Assembly (NCBI GenBank): GCA_910588025.1
Contig: CAJUQG010000004.1
Location: 3,086 to 67,085, forward strand
Reading direction: 5' to 3'
Length of the DNA: 64,000 nucleotides
Origin: an uncultured Bacilli bacterium
GTDB lineage: Bacteria; Bacillota_I; Bacilli_A; RF39; UBA660
The notes below the pieces were generated by a model. The model was given only the letters and a program-made list of their open reading frames with translations. It had not been told where the DNA came from and searched no databases. The position numbers and the translations under genes were made by a program. Shown here one piece after another: positions 20,371 through 31,128 of the stretch. Position 1 is the first letter of the stretch; each line of letters begins with the position of its first letter.

Positions 20371-21042
20371 ATGAAAATTTTAGTTTGTGATGATGAACAA
20401 CTAATTCGTGAAGTAATCAAAGAATACTTAGTATTAGAAGGTTATGAAGTGATAGAAGCTGAAGACGGTCAAAAGGCTTTAAATTTAGTAAAAGAACATC
20501 AATTTGATCTAATAATTATGGATATTATGATGCCTAAAATGGATGGATACCAAGCAGTAAAAGAAATAAAGACAATCAAAGATATCCCTTTATTAATGTT
20601 ATCTGCTAGGGCAGAAGAATTTGACAAATTACTAGGATTTGAACTGGGAATCGATGATTATGTTACCAAACCCTTTAGTCCTAAAGAATTAGTAGCTAGA
20701 ATTAAAGCAATCACCAAAAGAAAAGAAAAAAGTACCAACACCTTTACCTTTGGAGGATTAATTCTTGATGATACAGCTCATGAAGTGACCATTGATGGCG
20801 AAAAAGCTAACTTAACTCCCAAAGAATATGAACTCTTAAAATACTTGATTGAAAATAAAAACATCGCCTTAACAAGAGAACAATTACTTACTAACATTTG
20901 GGGATATGATTTTTATGGAGATGATCGTACTGTTGATACACATGTAAAAACATTACGCAATAATTTAGGAAAATATCGAGATAATATTACAACGATTCGT
21001 AAAGTAGGATATAAATTTGAATATAAAGAAAAAAACGAATAG
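20371..21042 (+). CDS. OmpR-family response regulator
   Basis: A receiver domain (MKILVCDDE, phospho-acceptor D in LIIMDIMMPKMDG) is joined to a winged-helix output domain. A GGTGGAAT RBS lies upstream. Confidence 0.9.
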   Translation: MKILVCDDEQLIREVIKEYLVLEGYEVIEAEDGQKALNLVKEHQFDLIIMDIMMPKMDGYQAVKEIKTIKDIPLLMLSARAEEFDKLLGFELGIDDYVTKPFSPKELVARIKAITKRKEKSTNTFTFGGLILDDTAHEVTIDGEKANLTPKEYELLKYLIENKNIALTREQLLTNIWGYDFYGDDRTVDTHVKTLRNNLGKYRDNITTIRKVGYKFEYKEKNE

Positions 21043-22417
21043 TATAACGTTTAAAACCTTATTTTATTTAGTAACATTTAGTATCTCCATATTACTTTTA
21101 TTATGGTTTTTTCAAGCTATTTTCCTAAGCGTTTCTTACGAACGTTTTCAAATTAAAAACTTAAATAAAATTGCCAGTACCATTCACAATGTCTCCGACG
21201 AATCTCTTCTAGAAACCATTGAACAAATTGCTTACGAACAAGAAGTTTGCATTGAATTTGTAAGTCCTTATAAAACTATGTCCTATAATACTCGTTTAAT
21301 TGGTTGTGAACTTGGGAAAAATAACAAAAATATTATAGAATATCAAACCGAAATGATAGAAAACAATGAAGCGATGCAAGCATTTCGTCTCGTTAATCAA
21401 GAATTTAAAGCCAACGCATTTTTATACGGAATCCAAAAAACTTCTGGTTATGTCTTTGTTTATAATACCTTAGAAGATTTAAGTAATGCTTCAATTGTCT
21501 TAAAAGGTCAATTAATATATCTTACAGTAATTGCTATTATCTTTGCATGTATCATTGCCTACTTTTTGTCACATAAAATTACCAAACCAATTTTAGATAT
21601 TACTGAAAAGGCTAAAAAACTTGGAACAGGTAATCATGATATTATCTTTGAGCAAAATGGTATTTTAGAAATCGATGAATTGGCAGAAAGTCTAAATATG
21701 GCTCAAGAAGAATTATCCAAAACTGATGAATTACGAAGAGACTTACTAGCAAATGTTTCGCATGATTTAAAAACACCTCTTACGATGATTAAAGCCTATG
21801 CTGAAATGATAAGAGATATTTCCTATAAATCGGATGACAAAAGAGAAGAACATTTAAACATTATTATTTCAGAAACGGATCGCTTAAACATTTTAGTAAA
21901 TGACTTATTAAGTTTATCCAAAATGCAAGCGGATGCAGATACTCTAAAAATGGAAGAATTTGATTTAACCAAAGAAATTCATGGCATTATAAAAAAATAT
22001 GAAATCATGAAAGAACTAGAAAACTATAATTTTGTGGTGGAAATGCCAAAAGAAGCCATAGTCTATGCTGATAAAAATAAATTAAATCAAGTAATTTATA
22101 ACTTAATAAATAACGCTATAAATTATACTGGTAAAGATAAATTGGTAACAATTCGAATTATCGAAGAAAAAAGTAAATATCTAGTAGAAATTGTTGATAC
22201 AGGAAAAGGAATTAAGCCAGAAGAAATTAAATTAATTTGGAATAAATATTACAAAAATGAAAAAAATCATAAACGAAATGTCGTTGGTACAGGAATAGGA
22301 CTATCAATTGTCAAAACCATTTTAGAACATCATCACTTTGAATATGGGGTTCGTAGTAAAAAAAATGTTGGAACTACTTTTTATTTTAAAATAAATAAAA
22401 ACAAAAAGAAAAAATAA
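21017..22417 (+). CDS. sensor histidine kinase
   Basis: There are two TM helices, an H-box VSHDLKTPLT, and N/G boxes (NLINNAINYT, DTGKGI, GTGIGLSIV). The likely TTG start at 21017 overlaps the RR end. Confidence 0.8.
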   Translation: MNIKKKTNSITFKTLFYLVTFSISILLLLWFFQAIFLSVSYERFQIKNLNKIASTIHNVSDESLLETIEQIAYEQEVCIEFVSPYKTMSYNTRLIGCELGKNNKNIIEYQTEMIENNEAMQAFRLVNQEFKANAFLYGIQKTSGYVFVYNTLEDLSNASIVLKGQLIYLTVIAIIFACIIAYFLSHKITKPILDITEKAKKLGTGNHDIIFEQNGILEIDELAESLNMAQEELSKTDELRRDLLANVSHDLKTPLTMIKAYAEMIRDISYKSDDKREEHLNIIISETDRLNILVNDLLSLSKMQADADTLKMEEFDLTKEIHGIIKKYEIMKELENYNFVVEMPKEAIVYADKNKLNQVIYNLINNAINYTGKDKLVTIRIIEEKSKYLVEIVDTGKGIKPEEIKLIWNKYYKNEKNHKRNVVGTGIGLSIVKTILEHHHFEYGVRSKKNVGTTFYFKINKNKKKK

Positions 22418-22581
22418 CTTTATCATTCTTTCACGATTACTTCACGAATTCTTCATAAACTTTTAGTATCATGAATACATGAAAAGGAGGAGTGATAAAT
22501 TACAAAAAGCTACGATATATGAAAATATATTAAAAACTCTATACAATATAAATAACATATAAACTCAAACTCACACTTTTG

Positions 22582-22610
22582 GAAAGAAGGACTATTCTTC
22601 TTTCTTTTTT
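22582..22610 (+). terminator. strong Rho-independent terminator about 165 nt downstream of the kinase gene
   Basis: A perfect 8-bp stem GAAAGAAG/CTTCTTTC with loop GACTATT is followed by TTTTTTT. Confidence 0.6.
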
Positions 22611-22656
22611 TACCTTTTTTTGTGATATAATGAAAAAATGGAAAGGAATGAGGAAT

Positions 22657-23169
22657 ATGACAGATAAAATCACTTCATTCGTAGTAAGCTTATTTGGTGC
22701 TTGGGCAGGCACTTTACTTGGAAAATATATGATTGTTTTTATAATCTCTTTGTTGCCAGTTTTAGAACTTCGTGGTGGATTACTTGCCGCTACGATGCTT
22801 GGCTTACCAATGTGGCAAAGCTATGCCTTATGTCTACTTGGCAATATTTTACCCATTCCGTTTATCTTATGGCTCATCAATCCTTTATTTCGTCACATGC
22901 GAAATTTACCCCTTATTGGAAAATTTGTAATATGGTGTGAAAAAAAGGCGGAAAGTAAAAAAGACAAAATAGAAAAATTAAAATATATTGGTCTTTTCTT
23001 ATTCGTTGGGATTCCTCTTCCTGGAACAGGAGCATGGACAGGATGTCTTATCGCTGCACTATTAAATCTTGACAAGAAAAAATCCCTACTTGCTGCAATA
23101 TTAGGAGTCGTCATGGCTGGTATTATTATGCTAATTCTTTCCTATGGCATTTTAGGAAGTGTGATATAA
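22657..23169 (+). CDS. small multidrug-export-like (COG2426) integral membrane protein
   Basis: The sequence begins MTDKITSFVVSLFGAWAGTLLGK and has 4-5 TM helices. A TATAAT lies at 22624-22629 and a GGAAAGGAATGAGGAAT RBS is upstream. Confidence 0.55.
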   Translation: MTDKITSFVVSLFGAWAGTLLGKYMIVFIISLLPVLELRGGLLAATMLGLPMWQSYALCLLGNILPIPFILWLINPLFRHMRNLPLIGKFVIWCEKKAESKKDKIEKLKYIGLFLFVGIPLPGTGAWTGCLIAALLNLDKKKSLLAAILGVVMAGIIMLILSYGILGSVI

Positions 23170-23802
23170 ATGACTACCGTATATATGATAACCAATAACT
23201 ACTTATTAAAAAATCCGATTATTTATAAAAAAGAAGTAAGTGATGAACAAAAACGAGAAGATAATTTGTTAAGTTTTAAAGGTGAAAAAACTGCTAGTGA
23301 ACTTCTAAAAAGAGAAGAGTTAAAAAAAGTAAAAACCATTTATTCTTCTACCTATAAATCAGCCATAGGATCTGCGAAGTATTTAAGTGAAGAATTAGAT
23401 TTACCGATTTATATTGATAGTCGTTTAAAAGAACGACGAATTGGCGTTTTAACAGGAAATGACGAAACTTTTTTAAAAGAAACTCAAACACATGATTTTG
23501 ATTATAAATATCCCAGTGGCGAATCTTTAAATATGGTGATAGAACGAATGAAAACCTGTTTAAAAGATATTTTATTTCACAATGAAGAAGAAGTCGTAGC
23601 AGTATTTACTCATGATATAGCTCTAGAAAGTTTATTCACCATTTGGTGTGACAAAGGCTATAGTTTAGAAAACCAAATGATTTTGAACTACAAAGATAAT
23701 GTAATTATTGATGGCGGCTATCATAAAACGCGTCTTTTTCGTTTAGATTTTGAAGGAGACAAATTAAGAAATATTACTTGGGAACAAGAAAAAGAACTAT
23801 AG
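23170..23802 (+). CDS. histidine phosphatase superfamily protein (phosphoglycerate-mutase-like)
   Basis: The protein is 210 aa and begins in a TAAATG overlap with the upstream gene. A C-terminal FTHDIALESL region is present. The family assignment is tentative. Confidence 0.45.
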   Translation: MTTVYMITNNYLLKNPIIYKKEVSDEQKREDNLLSFKGEKTASELLKREELKKVKTIYSSTYKSAIGSAKYLSEELDLPIYIDSRLKERRIGVLTGNDETFLKETQTHDFDYKYPSGESLNMVIERMKTCLKDILFHNEEEVVAVFTHDIALESLFTIWCDKGYSLENQMILNYKDNVIIDGGYHKTRLFRLDFEGDKLRNITWEQEKEL

Positions 23803-23811
23803 CTAGTTCTT
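23792..23811. terminator. bidirectional hairpin between convergent genes
   Basis: An 8-bp palindrome AAGAACTA/TAGTTCTT has loop TAGC. Confidence 0.4.
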
Positions 23812-24005
23812 TATTCTTCATTTTCAATCGTTTTCCATTCTGTCGTCCCACAAGTCGTACAAATAAATGGGACCAATACTTTTTTACCTTTCGGTTTATC
23901 ATATTTTTCTTCTAAAGAAACACACAACAAACCAGTTTCCGTATCAATATAAGCACGACCTTGTAAAGTGGTTTCACTACATTTACTACAACCAGGTTTT
24001 TTCAT
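23811..24005 (-). CDS. small zinc-ribbon protein
   Basis: The 64-aa protein has two CxxC pairs (CSKC ... CTTC). A strong RBS AGGAGGCT lies 5 nt upstream of the ATG on the minus strand. Confidence 0.55.
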   Translation of the reverse strand: MKKPGCSKCSETTLQGRAYIDTETGLLCVSLEEKYDKPKGKKVLVPFICTTCGTTEWKTIENEE

Positions 24006-24070
24006 GTTTTAGCCTCCTAATAATAATGTGGCAAAAATATAAAAAAACATACAAAGAAAGGAAGATTTTC

Positions 24071-24640
24071 ATGGAATATAAAATTCCAGTTGGAATTAGC
24101 AATAAACATGTTCATTTAACGAAAGAAACTTATCAACAATTATTTGATGAACCTCTAGAAATAGAAAAGAATCTCAGTCAAATAGGAGAATTTGCTTCCA
24201 ATCAATTTGTAGATTTAAAAACATCTTCTAATTTATTAAAAAAAGTACGGATTGTTGGACCATTCCGTTCTTACAATCAAGTAGAAATCTGCAAAAGTGA
24301 CGCCTATTTATTAGGATTAAATCCTCCTGTAAGAAAAAGTGGTGATTTAAAAAATGCTGAAACCATTACGGTAGTTGGACCAAAAGGTGAAATAACCTTA
24401 GAACAAGCTTGCATCCTTGCTGAAAGACATGTTCACATGAACACCAAAGACTTAAAAAAATATCAGGTAAAAGACAACGACCTTGTCCAAATAAAAATTG
24501 ATGGTCCCCGTAGTGCTCTATTAGATGCCTATATAAAATCGAGTGAAAATGGAGTCTTAGAACTTCACTTAGATCGTGATGAAGCCAATGCTTTATTGCT
24601 AGAAAAGAATGCTGAGGTTACAGTTTTTTATGATGTTTAA
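24071..24640 (+). CDS. PduL-type phosphate propanoyl/acetyl-transferase
   Basis: The hallmark GISNKHVHL at the N-terminus and a second HVH motif (AERHVHMN) are present. An AAAGGAAG RBS lies upstream. Confidence 0.7.
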   Translation: MEYKIPVGISNKHVHLTKETYQQLFDEPLEIEKNLSQIGEFASNQFVDLKTSSNLLKKVRIVGPFRSYNQVEICKSDAYLLGLNPPVRKSGDLKNAETITVVGPKGEITLEQACILAERHVHMNTKDLKKYQVKDNDLVQIKIDGPRSALLDAYIKSSENGVLELHLDRDEANALLLEKNAEVTVFYDV

Positions 24641-25616
24641 AATTGGAAATATTACTATGAAAAATCAAGTTGTTTTAGCGCCCATGGCAGGTTTTTCTAA
24701 CACTTCTTTTCGTAAAATTATCAAAAAAATGGGATGTGGATTAATCTTTGCGGAAATGGTAAGTGATAAAGCTATCATGTATGGAAATCAAAAAACCCTT
24801 GATCTGTTAAAAATGAGTGAAGAAGAACGTCCTATCGCCCAACAAATATTTGGTAGTGATAAAGATTCCTTTGTAACTTCGGCCAAAGAAATTGAAAAAC
24901 GAATGCACCCAGATTTCATCGATATCAACATGGGTTGTCCAGTTCCTAAAGTGGCGGTGAAAGCTCAAGCGGGTAGTGCTCTCTTAAAAAATCCTGATAA
25001 AATTTATGAGATTGTCAAAGCCGTTGTGAACGCGGTATCTATTCCAGTTACAGTTAAAATTCGCAGTGGCTGGGATGATGCTCATCAAAACGCCGTTGAA
25101 GTTGCTAAAATTTGTGAAAAAGCTGGAGCAAGTGCCATAACAGTTCATGGAAGAACCAGAGCGCAAGGTTATAGTGGCAAAGCAGATTGGCAAATGATCA
25201 AAAAAGTAAAAGAAGCCGTGAATATTCCTGTAATAGGAAATGGCGATATCACAACTTGCTATGATGCGAAAAGAATGCTTGAAGAAACTGGTTGTGATGC
25301 CATCATGATTGGACGAGGATGTTTAGGAAATCCCTGGTTGATTCGCGATTGCGTGAATTATTTAGAAAAGCAAGAACTTCCTAAAACGGTAACCAATGAA
25401 GAAAGAATTCAAATGATGCGTAATCACTTTGACTTACTGAAACAAGATAAAAATGAAAAAGTAGCTCTTTTAGAAATTCGGGCTAATATCTTATATTATT
25501 TAAAAAATATGCCAAAAAGCAAAGAAATAAAAACGAAAATATGCCTGACGAAAACGGAAAGTGAATTAAAAGAAGTCTTAGATGAATACGAAAAGATGTT
25601 AAAAGAATTGATTTAA
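24633..25616 (+). CDS. dusB: tRNA-dihydrouridine synthase (DusB-like)
   Basis: [27 protein letters not shown] closely matches the Bacillus DusB N-terminus. A TIM-barrel FMN-binding core and a catalytic Cys region CPVPKV are present. Confidence 0.85.
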   Translation: MFKIGNITMKNQVVLAPMAGFSNTSFRKIIKKMGCGLIFAEMVSDKAIMYGNQKTLDLLKMSEEERPIAQQIFGSDKDSFVTSAKEIEKRMHPDFIDINMGCPVPKVAVKAQAGSALLKNPDKIYEIVKAVVNAVSIPVTVKIRSGWDDAHQNAVEVAKICEKAGASAITVHGRTRAQGYSGKADWQMIKKVKEAVNIPVIGNGDITTCYDAKRMLEETGCDAIMIGRGCLGNPWLIRDCVNYLEKQELPKTVTNEERIQMMRNHFDLLKQDKNEKVALLEIRANILYYLKNMPKSKEIKTKICLTKTESELKEVLDEYEKMLKELI

Positions 25617-26108
25617 AATAGCTAAAAGAACAAAGAGAATCGAACCAATATACCGATTCTTTTTTTTCATGCGAAATAACTTTCCAAAATAGTAACCAAT
25701 TAATAAAATCGTTATAGACATAAAACTAAAAAGTAAGACCAAAAAGAAAATAGAATAATCATAAACAAACGATAAGGAAACCAAAGTTCCATCTAGCGAA
25801 TGAGTTAAAATAAGTAACAGCAATTTTCCCAAAGATAAAATTTGTCCCTCTTGATAAGTATCAATCTCTTCACTATCAATAAAAGTAAAATAAGCTAAGA
25901 TAAAATAAAGAATAGTAGAAACTAAGGTAGTCACAAATTGAAAATGAAAAAAAGTATAAGCAAAAATAGCCAGAGAGTATATGATAATATTCCCAAGTAA
26001 AAATAAGAAAATGTTTTTGTTTGAAAACTTAATATTAGATAAACGTAAACTAAGTCCAATAATAAAGCCATCTAAACTAGCTACAAAAGCACTAAAAAAT
26101 ACAAACAT
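25599..26108 (-). CDS. MntP/YtaF-like (DUF204) membrane protein
   Basis: Two repeated halves each carry an SLDG motif (ASLDGFIIG; [10 protein letters not shown]), and the protein has 5-6 TM helices. It is convergent with dusB and overlaps it by 18 nt. Confidence 0.5.
   Translation of the reverse strand: MFVFFSAFVASLDGFIIGLSLRLSNIKFSNKNIFLFLLGNIIIYSLAIFAYTFFHFQFVTTLVSTILYFILAYFTFIDSEEIDTYQEGQILSLGKLLLLILTHSLDGTLVSLSFVYDYSIFFLVLLFSFMSITILLIGYYFGKLFRMKKKNRYIGSILFVLLAILNQFF
25637..25667 (+). terminator. dusB terminator, embedded in the 3' end of the convergent gene
   Basis: Stem GAATCG/CGATTC with an 11-nt loop is followed by TTTTTTTT. Confidence 0.4.
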
Positions 26109-26160
26109 AACTTCGTCACCTGATATATTATATTGAGAATAGAAAAAGGCGAGTGGGCAT

Positions 26161-26198
26161 AAAAAAACTCTCGATTCTAAAATCTATCGAGAGTTTTA
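26161..26198 (-). terminator. terminator downstream of tRNA-Asn
   Basis: A 10-bp stem AACTCTCGAT/ATCGAGAGTT is flanked by an A7 run on the plus strand, which is a T-run on the minus strand. Confidence 0.55.
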
Positions 26199-26208
26199 TC
26201 ATTCTAAA

Positions 26209-26284
26209 TGGCGCTTGATGTAGGACTCGAACCTACGACCCAACGGTTAACAGCCGTTTGCTCTACCGACTGAGCTAATCAAGC
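26209..26284 (-). tRNA. tRNA-Asn (anticodon GTT)
   Basis: The reverse complement reads GCTTGATTAGCTCAGTCGGTAGAGC...AACGG-CTGTTAA-CCGTT...GGTTCGAGTCC...CAAGCGCCA. The anticodon loop gives GTT, and CCA is encoded. Confidence 0.85.
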
Positions 26285-26295
26285 AGTACTACTTA

Positions 26296-26323
26296 AGTAT
26301 ACTATAATTATGCCAAATGTCAA
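26296..26323 (-). promoter_or_regulatory. sigma-A-like promoter for tRNA-Asn
   Basis: On the minus strand, TTGACA is separated by 16 nt from TATACT, with the -10 about 12 nt upstream of the tRNA 5' end. Confidence 0.5.
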
Positions 26324-26418
26324 CCAAATTATACCACTTTTTAAGGAAAAAATTTCAAATTTTTGGGATGGAACGTTGGAAAAAGTATGATATACTAACA
26401 ATAATAGAAGGTGAATTC

Positions 26419-26760
26419 ATGAACCAACAATACGTATCAAATAATTTATCTGAAAAGAACGAAGTAAACTATCATTTAGAAAATAACAACGCATACTCCA
26501 GTTTCACCCAACCTGATTTTTTGTCTTATGAATTACAAAAAGAAAATAGTGAACTAAAAATTCAACTCCAACAAAAAGGCCAAATGGTCTCTTTAAAAAT
26601 GCTTATCATTTTAATATTACTGATTAATTTAGGATGGTTTCTAGGAGTAAAATTAATCATTTATCCAAAATTTAAAGAAAGTGTAGAACTCCATGACCAA
26701 ATGAAAGATGATTATTTAAAATTAAAAAGTAGAGTAAATGCTATTGTAGGTGAAGAATGA
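26419..26760 (+). CDS. small membrane-anchored hypothetical protein
   Basis: A GAAGGTGA RBS lies 6 nt before ATG 26419. The protein has a central TM helix, and its stop overlaps the next gene in an ATGA. Confidence 0.45.
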   Translation: MNQQYVSNNLSEKNEVNYHLENNNAYSSFTQPDFLSYELQKENSELKIQLQQKGQMVSLKMLIILILLINLGWFLGVKLIIYPKFKESVELHDQMKDDYLKLKSRVNAIVGEE

Positions 26761-28286
26761 AACCAGAAGATTCTTCAAAAAAAGTATTGATTATATTATT
26801 AGCTATTCTTTTCTCTTGTCTTACCTTTTATTTTGCAAACCCTAAACTGATTGACCAAGATAAATATCGTAATCTCTTTCATCGTTTAGAAGTATATCAA
26901 GAATTTGGTAAAACAGAAAATAACAACAAAAATAAAAAGCCTTCCCATAAACCAGGAAATAATTCAAGTTCCCAACCAAATAATCAAAATCCGATGGATT
27001 CAAGTGATGGAGAAAACAATAATCAAACACCTTCTTTAAATGAAAAACCAAACCATCCAACCGATTCTAACGTGCCAGATGATAAAGAGTATCCAAATGA
27101 ATCTTTTGAAAAAGACCCAATCGAAAAGCCAAGTATTCCTCCTGAAATAGAACCAGATCCTCCAATAATTGATGAAAAACCGACGATTACACCAAGCGGA
27201 GAAACCACCTATACCATTGGTTTTTATCAAAATGGTGCCACAAGTATAGAGGCAAAAGAATTAAAATGTACAACCAAAACCAAATCTTGTTATATTACAC
27301 TACCACAAATAACGAGAAATGATGGAACCGTTTATGGCTGGAGTCAAAATGCTCATGATAAAAATGGCATACCTGTTAATACAGCCTATGAAGTTACTAA
27401 TAATCATTATTTATATGCTATCACAAGTAAAACCAATCAAATTAAATTTGAACCAAATGGTGCCACTTTAAATAGTACATCGGCTTCTTGCACTATGTAC
27501 AATCAAGAACAAAACTGCCAAGTAAAAACTCCTAAAATTACTAGAACAGGTGGTTATGCACTTGGTTTTTCACCCAATAAATCAGCAACTTCTAGTACCT
27601 ATCAAAACACGATAACCACCGCTAATAATATGACTGTATATGCCATAAGTTATAGTGAATACAACGCATATTTTAATCCAAATGGAGCATTTCATATTGG
27701 TGCTACTTCCTTATCTTGTAAAGCTTATAATCAAAATAATTCTTGTTCTATTATCGCTCCAACCATCGAAAAAGATTCTTACACAACCATTGGTTGGAGT
27801 CCAAGTAGCGAAGCATCTTCTGTAACTTATCAAGTTGGAAGTACGATTACATTAAATAAAAATATCAACTTGCATGGAATTCGTAGAGTTAACAACAGTG
27901 GTTTTTTAACACAAGAAGCTTATAATGGACTTAGCTTAGTAAACAACCTTCGCTTAAACAACGGAGTCCCTTCTCTAAGATGGTCTAAATCATTAGAATA
28001 TAGCGCTGAATTACGAGTCCAAGAATTAATTGATTCTGGTTATAATCCATCTTATCCCCACAACCGCCCAGATGGTCGAGAATTTTATACAGTCAATGAT
28101 TTAGCATATGGAGAGAGTTGGACGGATGCAAGAACTGGTACTGCTGATGAAATGTATCAAAATTTCTTTATTTCTCCACCTCACAAAAATGCTATGTTAA
28201 ATCGTGAGTATACAATCATTGGAATCGCTGGTAAGAAAAGTCCAAAAGATGGAAAATATTATTGGGTTCAATTATTTGGAAATTAA
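26757..28286 (+). CDS. secreted CAP (SCP/PR-1, YkwD-like) domain protein with a Pro-rich linker
   Basis: An N-terminal anchor/signal is followed by a P/N/E-rich low-complexity region. The C-terminal CAP domain includes HNRPDGREF ... GESWTDA ... HKNAML ... YTIIGIA. Confidence 0.7.
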   Translation: MKPEDSSKKVLIILLAILFSCLTFYFANPKLIDQDKYRNLFHRLEVYQEFGKTENNNKNKKPSHKPGNNSSSQPNNQNPMDSSDGENNNQTPSLNEKPNHPTDSNVPDDKEYPNESFEKDPIEKPSIPPEIEPDPPIIDEKPTITPSGETTYTIGFYQNGATSIEAKELKCTTKTKSCYITLPQITRNDGTVYGWSQNAHDKNGIPVNTAYEVTNNHYLYAITSKTNQIKFEPNGATLNSTSASCTMYNQEQNCQVKTPKITRTGGYALGFSPNKSATSSTYQNTITTANNMTVYAISYSEYNAYFNPNGAFHIGATSLSCKAYNQNNSCSIIAPTIEKDSYTTIGWSPSSEASSVTYQVGSTITLNKNINLHGIRRVNNSGFLTQEAYNGLSLVNNLRLNNGVPSLRWSKSLEYSAELRVQELIDSGYNPSYPHNRPDGREFYTVNDLAYGESWTDARTGTADEMYQNFFISPPHKNAMLNREYTIIGIAGKKSPKDGKYYWVQLFGN

Positions 28287-28287
28287 A

Positions 28288-28316
28288 TTGACAACTCAAA
28301 TTAGTTGCACTATAAT
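28288..28316 (+). promoter_or_regulatory. marR promoter with embedded operator-like inverted repeat
   Basis: TTGACA is separated by 17 nt from TATAAT. The inverted repeat CAACT-caaatt-AGTTG lies in the spacer. Confidence 0.55.
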
Positions 28317-28339
28317 GTACGAGTGATAGGTTGTGTTAT

Positions 28340-28792
28340 ATGGAAAAACTAAGTTATGAGAAATTTTTAGTATATCTACGACAATTCCAAAATAAGATTC
28401 AAAAAGAATTTAATGAAGATTTAAAAAATTTTCATCTTTCAAGTACATATCTTGGAATCATTATGATGCTATATGATCATCCAGAAGGCTATTCCATGTC
28501 CGATTTAAGTCGTTTAACTTCTGTGGATAATGCACTTATGACAAGGAATATTAAGGAATTAGAAAAAATAGACTATATTTATAGAAACCGTGAAAACGAA
28601 TCGCAACGAAAGTACCATATTTGTTTAACTGAAAAAGGTCAAAAAGTTGCAGGAGAACTTAAAAATATCATCGAAAAAAGACAACAAGATTTTTTAAAAC
28701 TTTTTTCTAAAGAAGAACAAGCCCTTTTAGAACAAGCTATGAATATTGTGATTCAAAAGTTTATCACGACCATAAAAGAAGGAGAAAAATAA
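28340..28792 (+). CDS. MarR family transcriptional regulator
   Basis: The winged-helix region is MSDLSRLTSVDNALMTRNIKELEKIDYIYR. The stop overlaps the ABC gene start in a TAATG. Confidence 0.75.
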   Translation: MEKLSYEKFLVYLRQFQNKIQKEFNEDLKNFHLSSTYLGIIMMLYDHPEGYSMSDLSRLTSVDNALMTRNIKELEKIDYIYRNRENESQRKYHICLTEKGQKVAGELKNIIEKRQQDFLKLFSKEEQALLEQAMNIVIQKFITTIKEGEK

Positions 28793-31101
28793 TGCTAGAA
28801 TTAAAAAATATTAAAAAAAGTTACACAACTGGAACCTTTACACAACATGCCCTAAAAGGCATAGATTTAAAATTTCGCCAAAATGAATTTGTCGCCATTT
28901 TAGGTCCAAGTGGGTCTGGAAAAACCACTTTACTAAATATTATTGGTGGTTTAGACCGTTATGATAAAGGTGATTTAATTATCAACAATCGTTCTACCAA
29001 ATTATTTAAAGACAAAGATTGGGATGCTTATCGTAATAATTGTATAGGTTTCATCTTTCAAAGTTATAATTTAATTAGCCATATTGATATTTTATCCAAT
29101 GTCGAAATGGGTATGACTCTTAGTGGAATTTCTGCTAAACAAAGAAGAAAAAAAGCGCTTGAAGTATTGAAAAAAGTTGGCTTAAAAGATCATGCTCACA
29201 AAAAACCAAATCAATTATCTGGTGGACAAATGCAACGTGTTGCGATTGCAAGAGCCCTAGCCAATGATCCTGATATCATTCTAGCGGATGAACCAACGGG
29301 AGCTTTGGATTCTAAAACTAGTGTTCAAATCATGGATTTAATAGAGGAAATTGCGAAAGATAAACTAGTAATTATGGTTACTCACAATCCAGAACTGGCC
29401 CATGAATACGCTAGCCGTGTAATTGAAATGAAAGATGGAGAGATGTTAACGGATTCTAATCCTTTAACGAAAAAAGAAGAAAATGAAAGTGAATATAAAA
29501 TCAAAAAAACTTCAATGAACTTTAAAACAGCCCTTCATTTATCCTTAAATAATATTCGCACCAAAAAAGGACGAACCATTTTGACAGCTTTTGCATCTTC
29601 TATTGGAATTATAGGTATTTCTTTAATTTTAAGTTTAAGTAATGGTTTTGATAAACAAATTGATACATTTGAAAAAAATACCTTAAGTGCTTTACCAATT
29701 ATAATTAGTAAACAAAGTATGAATTTAGATGAAGAAACTATGGCCAAAATGCAAAGTGACATGACAAGCACCGACAATACATATCCAAACATAGATTATG
29801 TCATACCAAGCAAAACTGAAGAAGAGCAATATACTCATGAAAACAAAATAAAAGATGATTATGTAAATTACATTGAAAAAATGTCTTCTGATTATGTTTC
29901 AGGAATTAATTATGTATACATGACTGGCATTAATTTTCTTCAAAAAGTAGACAACAAAGTAAAATGGATAAATACAAATGAATTAAATATTGGCATGATG
30001 CCTCATACCTTAAGTGAAAATACACCAAGTGTAATATCAGAACGATTTGACCTTTTAGCAGGAAGAGAACCAGAAGCTAAAGATGAAATTGTTATTGAAG
30101 TAGATAGTAAAAATCGTATTTCGAAAAAATTATTAGAAGTTTTAGGATTTACAACAGATGACCATATTTCTTTTGAAACCATCCTAAAAAGTAATGTGAA
30201 AATTGCATATAATGATGATTACTATCAAAAAGTAGGAAACTATTTCATGCCAACTTCTGACTTAGAAAAAGTTTATGAGAATAAAAATAATATCACTTTA
30301 AAAGTAGTAGGAATTATTCGTTTAAAAGAAGAATATCCTAATATGGCTTCTCAACCAGGAATTTATTATACGTATGAATTAATGCAAGATTTATTAGAAA
30401 AAAATTCTAAATCGCAAATAGTTGATGCGCAAAAAAAGGTAAGTTACAATATAATGACTGGTGAATTATTTGATATGAATACAGAAGAGGGAAAAACGAA
30501 TAAAGAAAATATTTTGGGCTATTTAGGAAACAAATCAGTTCCTTATATGATTCAAGTATATCCAAAAGATTTTGAGTCTAAAGATTACATTTTAGATTAC
30601 TTAGATGCCTACAACAACGGAAAAAGCGAAGAAGATAAAATTGCCTACATTGATCAAGCAAACTTAATGAGTTCCTTATCAAGTAATATTATGGATGCAA
30701 TCACAATCGTTTTAGTAGCATTTAGTAGTATTTCTTTAATCGTATCTTCTATAATGATTGGAATTATCATGTATATTTCTGTTTTAGAGCGTACGAAAGA
30801 AATCGGTATTTTAAGAAGTCTAGGAGCTAGAAAAAGAGACATAGCTCGTGTCTTCAATTCAGAAACATTTATTATTGGTGTTTCCTCTGGACTAATTGGT
30901 ATTTTAGTTGCCTGGTTACTATTATTTCCAACTAATGCTATCTTAAAAGAATTAACTTCTTTAGATAATGTCGCAGTGATGAATCCTATCCACGCTTTGA
31001 TATTAATAACGATAAGTGTTATCTTAACACTAATTGGTGGATGGATACCTGCTAAACTAGCAAGCAAAAAAGATCCAGTGGAAGCTTTAAGAACAGAATA
31101 A
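28792..31101 (+). CDS. MacB/FtsX-type ABC transporter, fused ATPase and permease
   Basis: Walker [10 protein letters not shown], the signature [15 protein letters not shown] and Walker [12 protein letters not shown] are present. The C-terminal FtsX-like permease has 4 TM helices and a large extracytoplasmic loop. Confidence 0.85.
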   Translation: MLELKNIKKSYTTGTFTQHALKGIDLKFRQNEFVAILGPSGSGKTTLLNIIGGLDRYDKGDLIINNRSTKLFKDKDWDAYRNNCIGFIFQSYNLISHIDILSNVEMGMTLSGISAKQRRKKALEVLKKVGLKDHAHKKPNQLSGGQMQRVAIARALANDPDIILADEPTGALDSKTSVQIMDLIEEIAKDKLVIMVTHNPELAHEYASRVIEMKDGEMLTDSNPLTKKEENESEYKIKKTSMNFKTALHLSLNNIRTKKGRTILTAFASSIGIIGISLILSLSNGFDKQIDTFEKNTLSALPIIISKQSMNLDEETMAKMQSDMTSTDNTYPNIDYVIPSKTEEEQYTHENKIKDDYVNYIEKMSSDYVSGINYVYMTGINFLQKVDNKVKWINTNELNIGMMPHTLSENTPSVISERFDLLAGREPEAKDEIVIEVDSKNRISKKLLEVLGFTTDDHISFETILKSNVKIAYNDDYYQKVGNYFMPTSDLEKVYENKNNITLKVVGIIRLKEEYPNMASQPGIYYTYELMQDLLEKNSKSQIVDAQKKVSYNIMTGELFDMNTEEGKTNKENILGYLGNKSVPYMIQVYPKDFESKDYILDYLDAYNNGKSEEDKIAYIDQANLMSSLSSNIMDAITIVLVAFSSISLIVSSIMIGIIMYISVLERTKEIGILRSLGARKRDIARVFNSETFIIGVSSGLIGILVAWLLLFPTNAILKELTSLDNVAVMNPIHALILITISVILTLIGGWIPAKLASKKDPVEALRTE

Positions 31102-31128
31102 GCATTTATAAAAATAAGTGCTTTTTTT
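31100..31128 (+). terminator. terminator after the ABC gene
   Basis: A 6-bp stem AAGCAT/GTGCTT with a 12-nt loop is followed by TTTTTTT. Confidence 0.45.

Noticed and set aside
22701-23114. ORFs at 22701-22940 (+) and 22893-23114 (-)
   Set aside because: They are alternative frames or antisense within the COG2426-like membrane protein gene.
27000-27200. A possible tandem DNA repeat or CRISPR-like periodicity in the proline-rich region
   Set aside because: There is no exact nucleotide-level direct repeat with regular spacers. The periodicity is only amino-acid compositional low complexity (P/N/E-rich linker).
26842-27230. Three small minus-strand ORFs inside the CAP-domain gene
   Set aside because: They are antisense to the Pro-rich low-complexity coding region and are repeat-composition artefacts.
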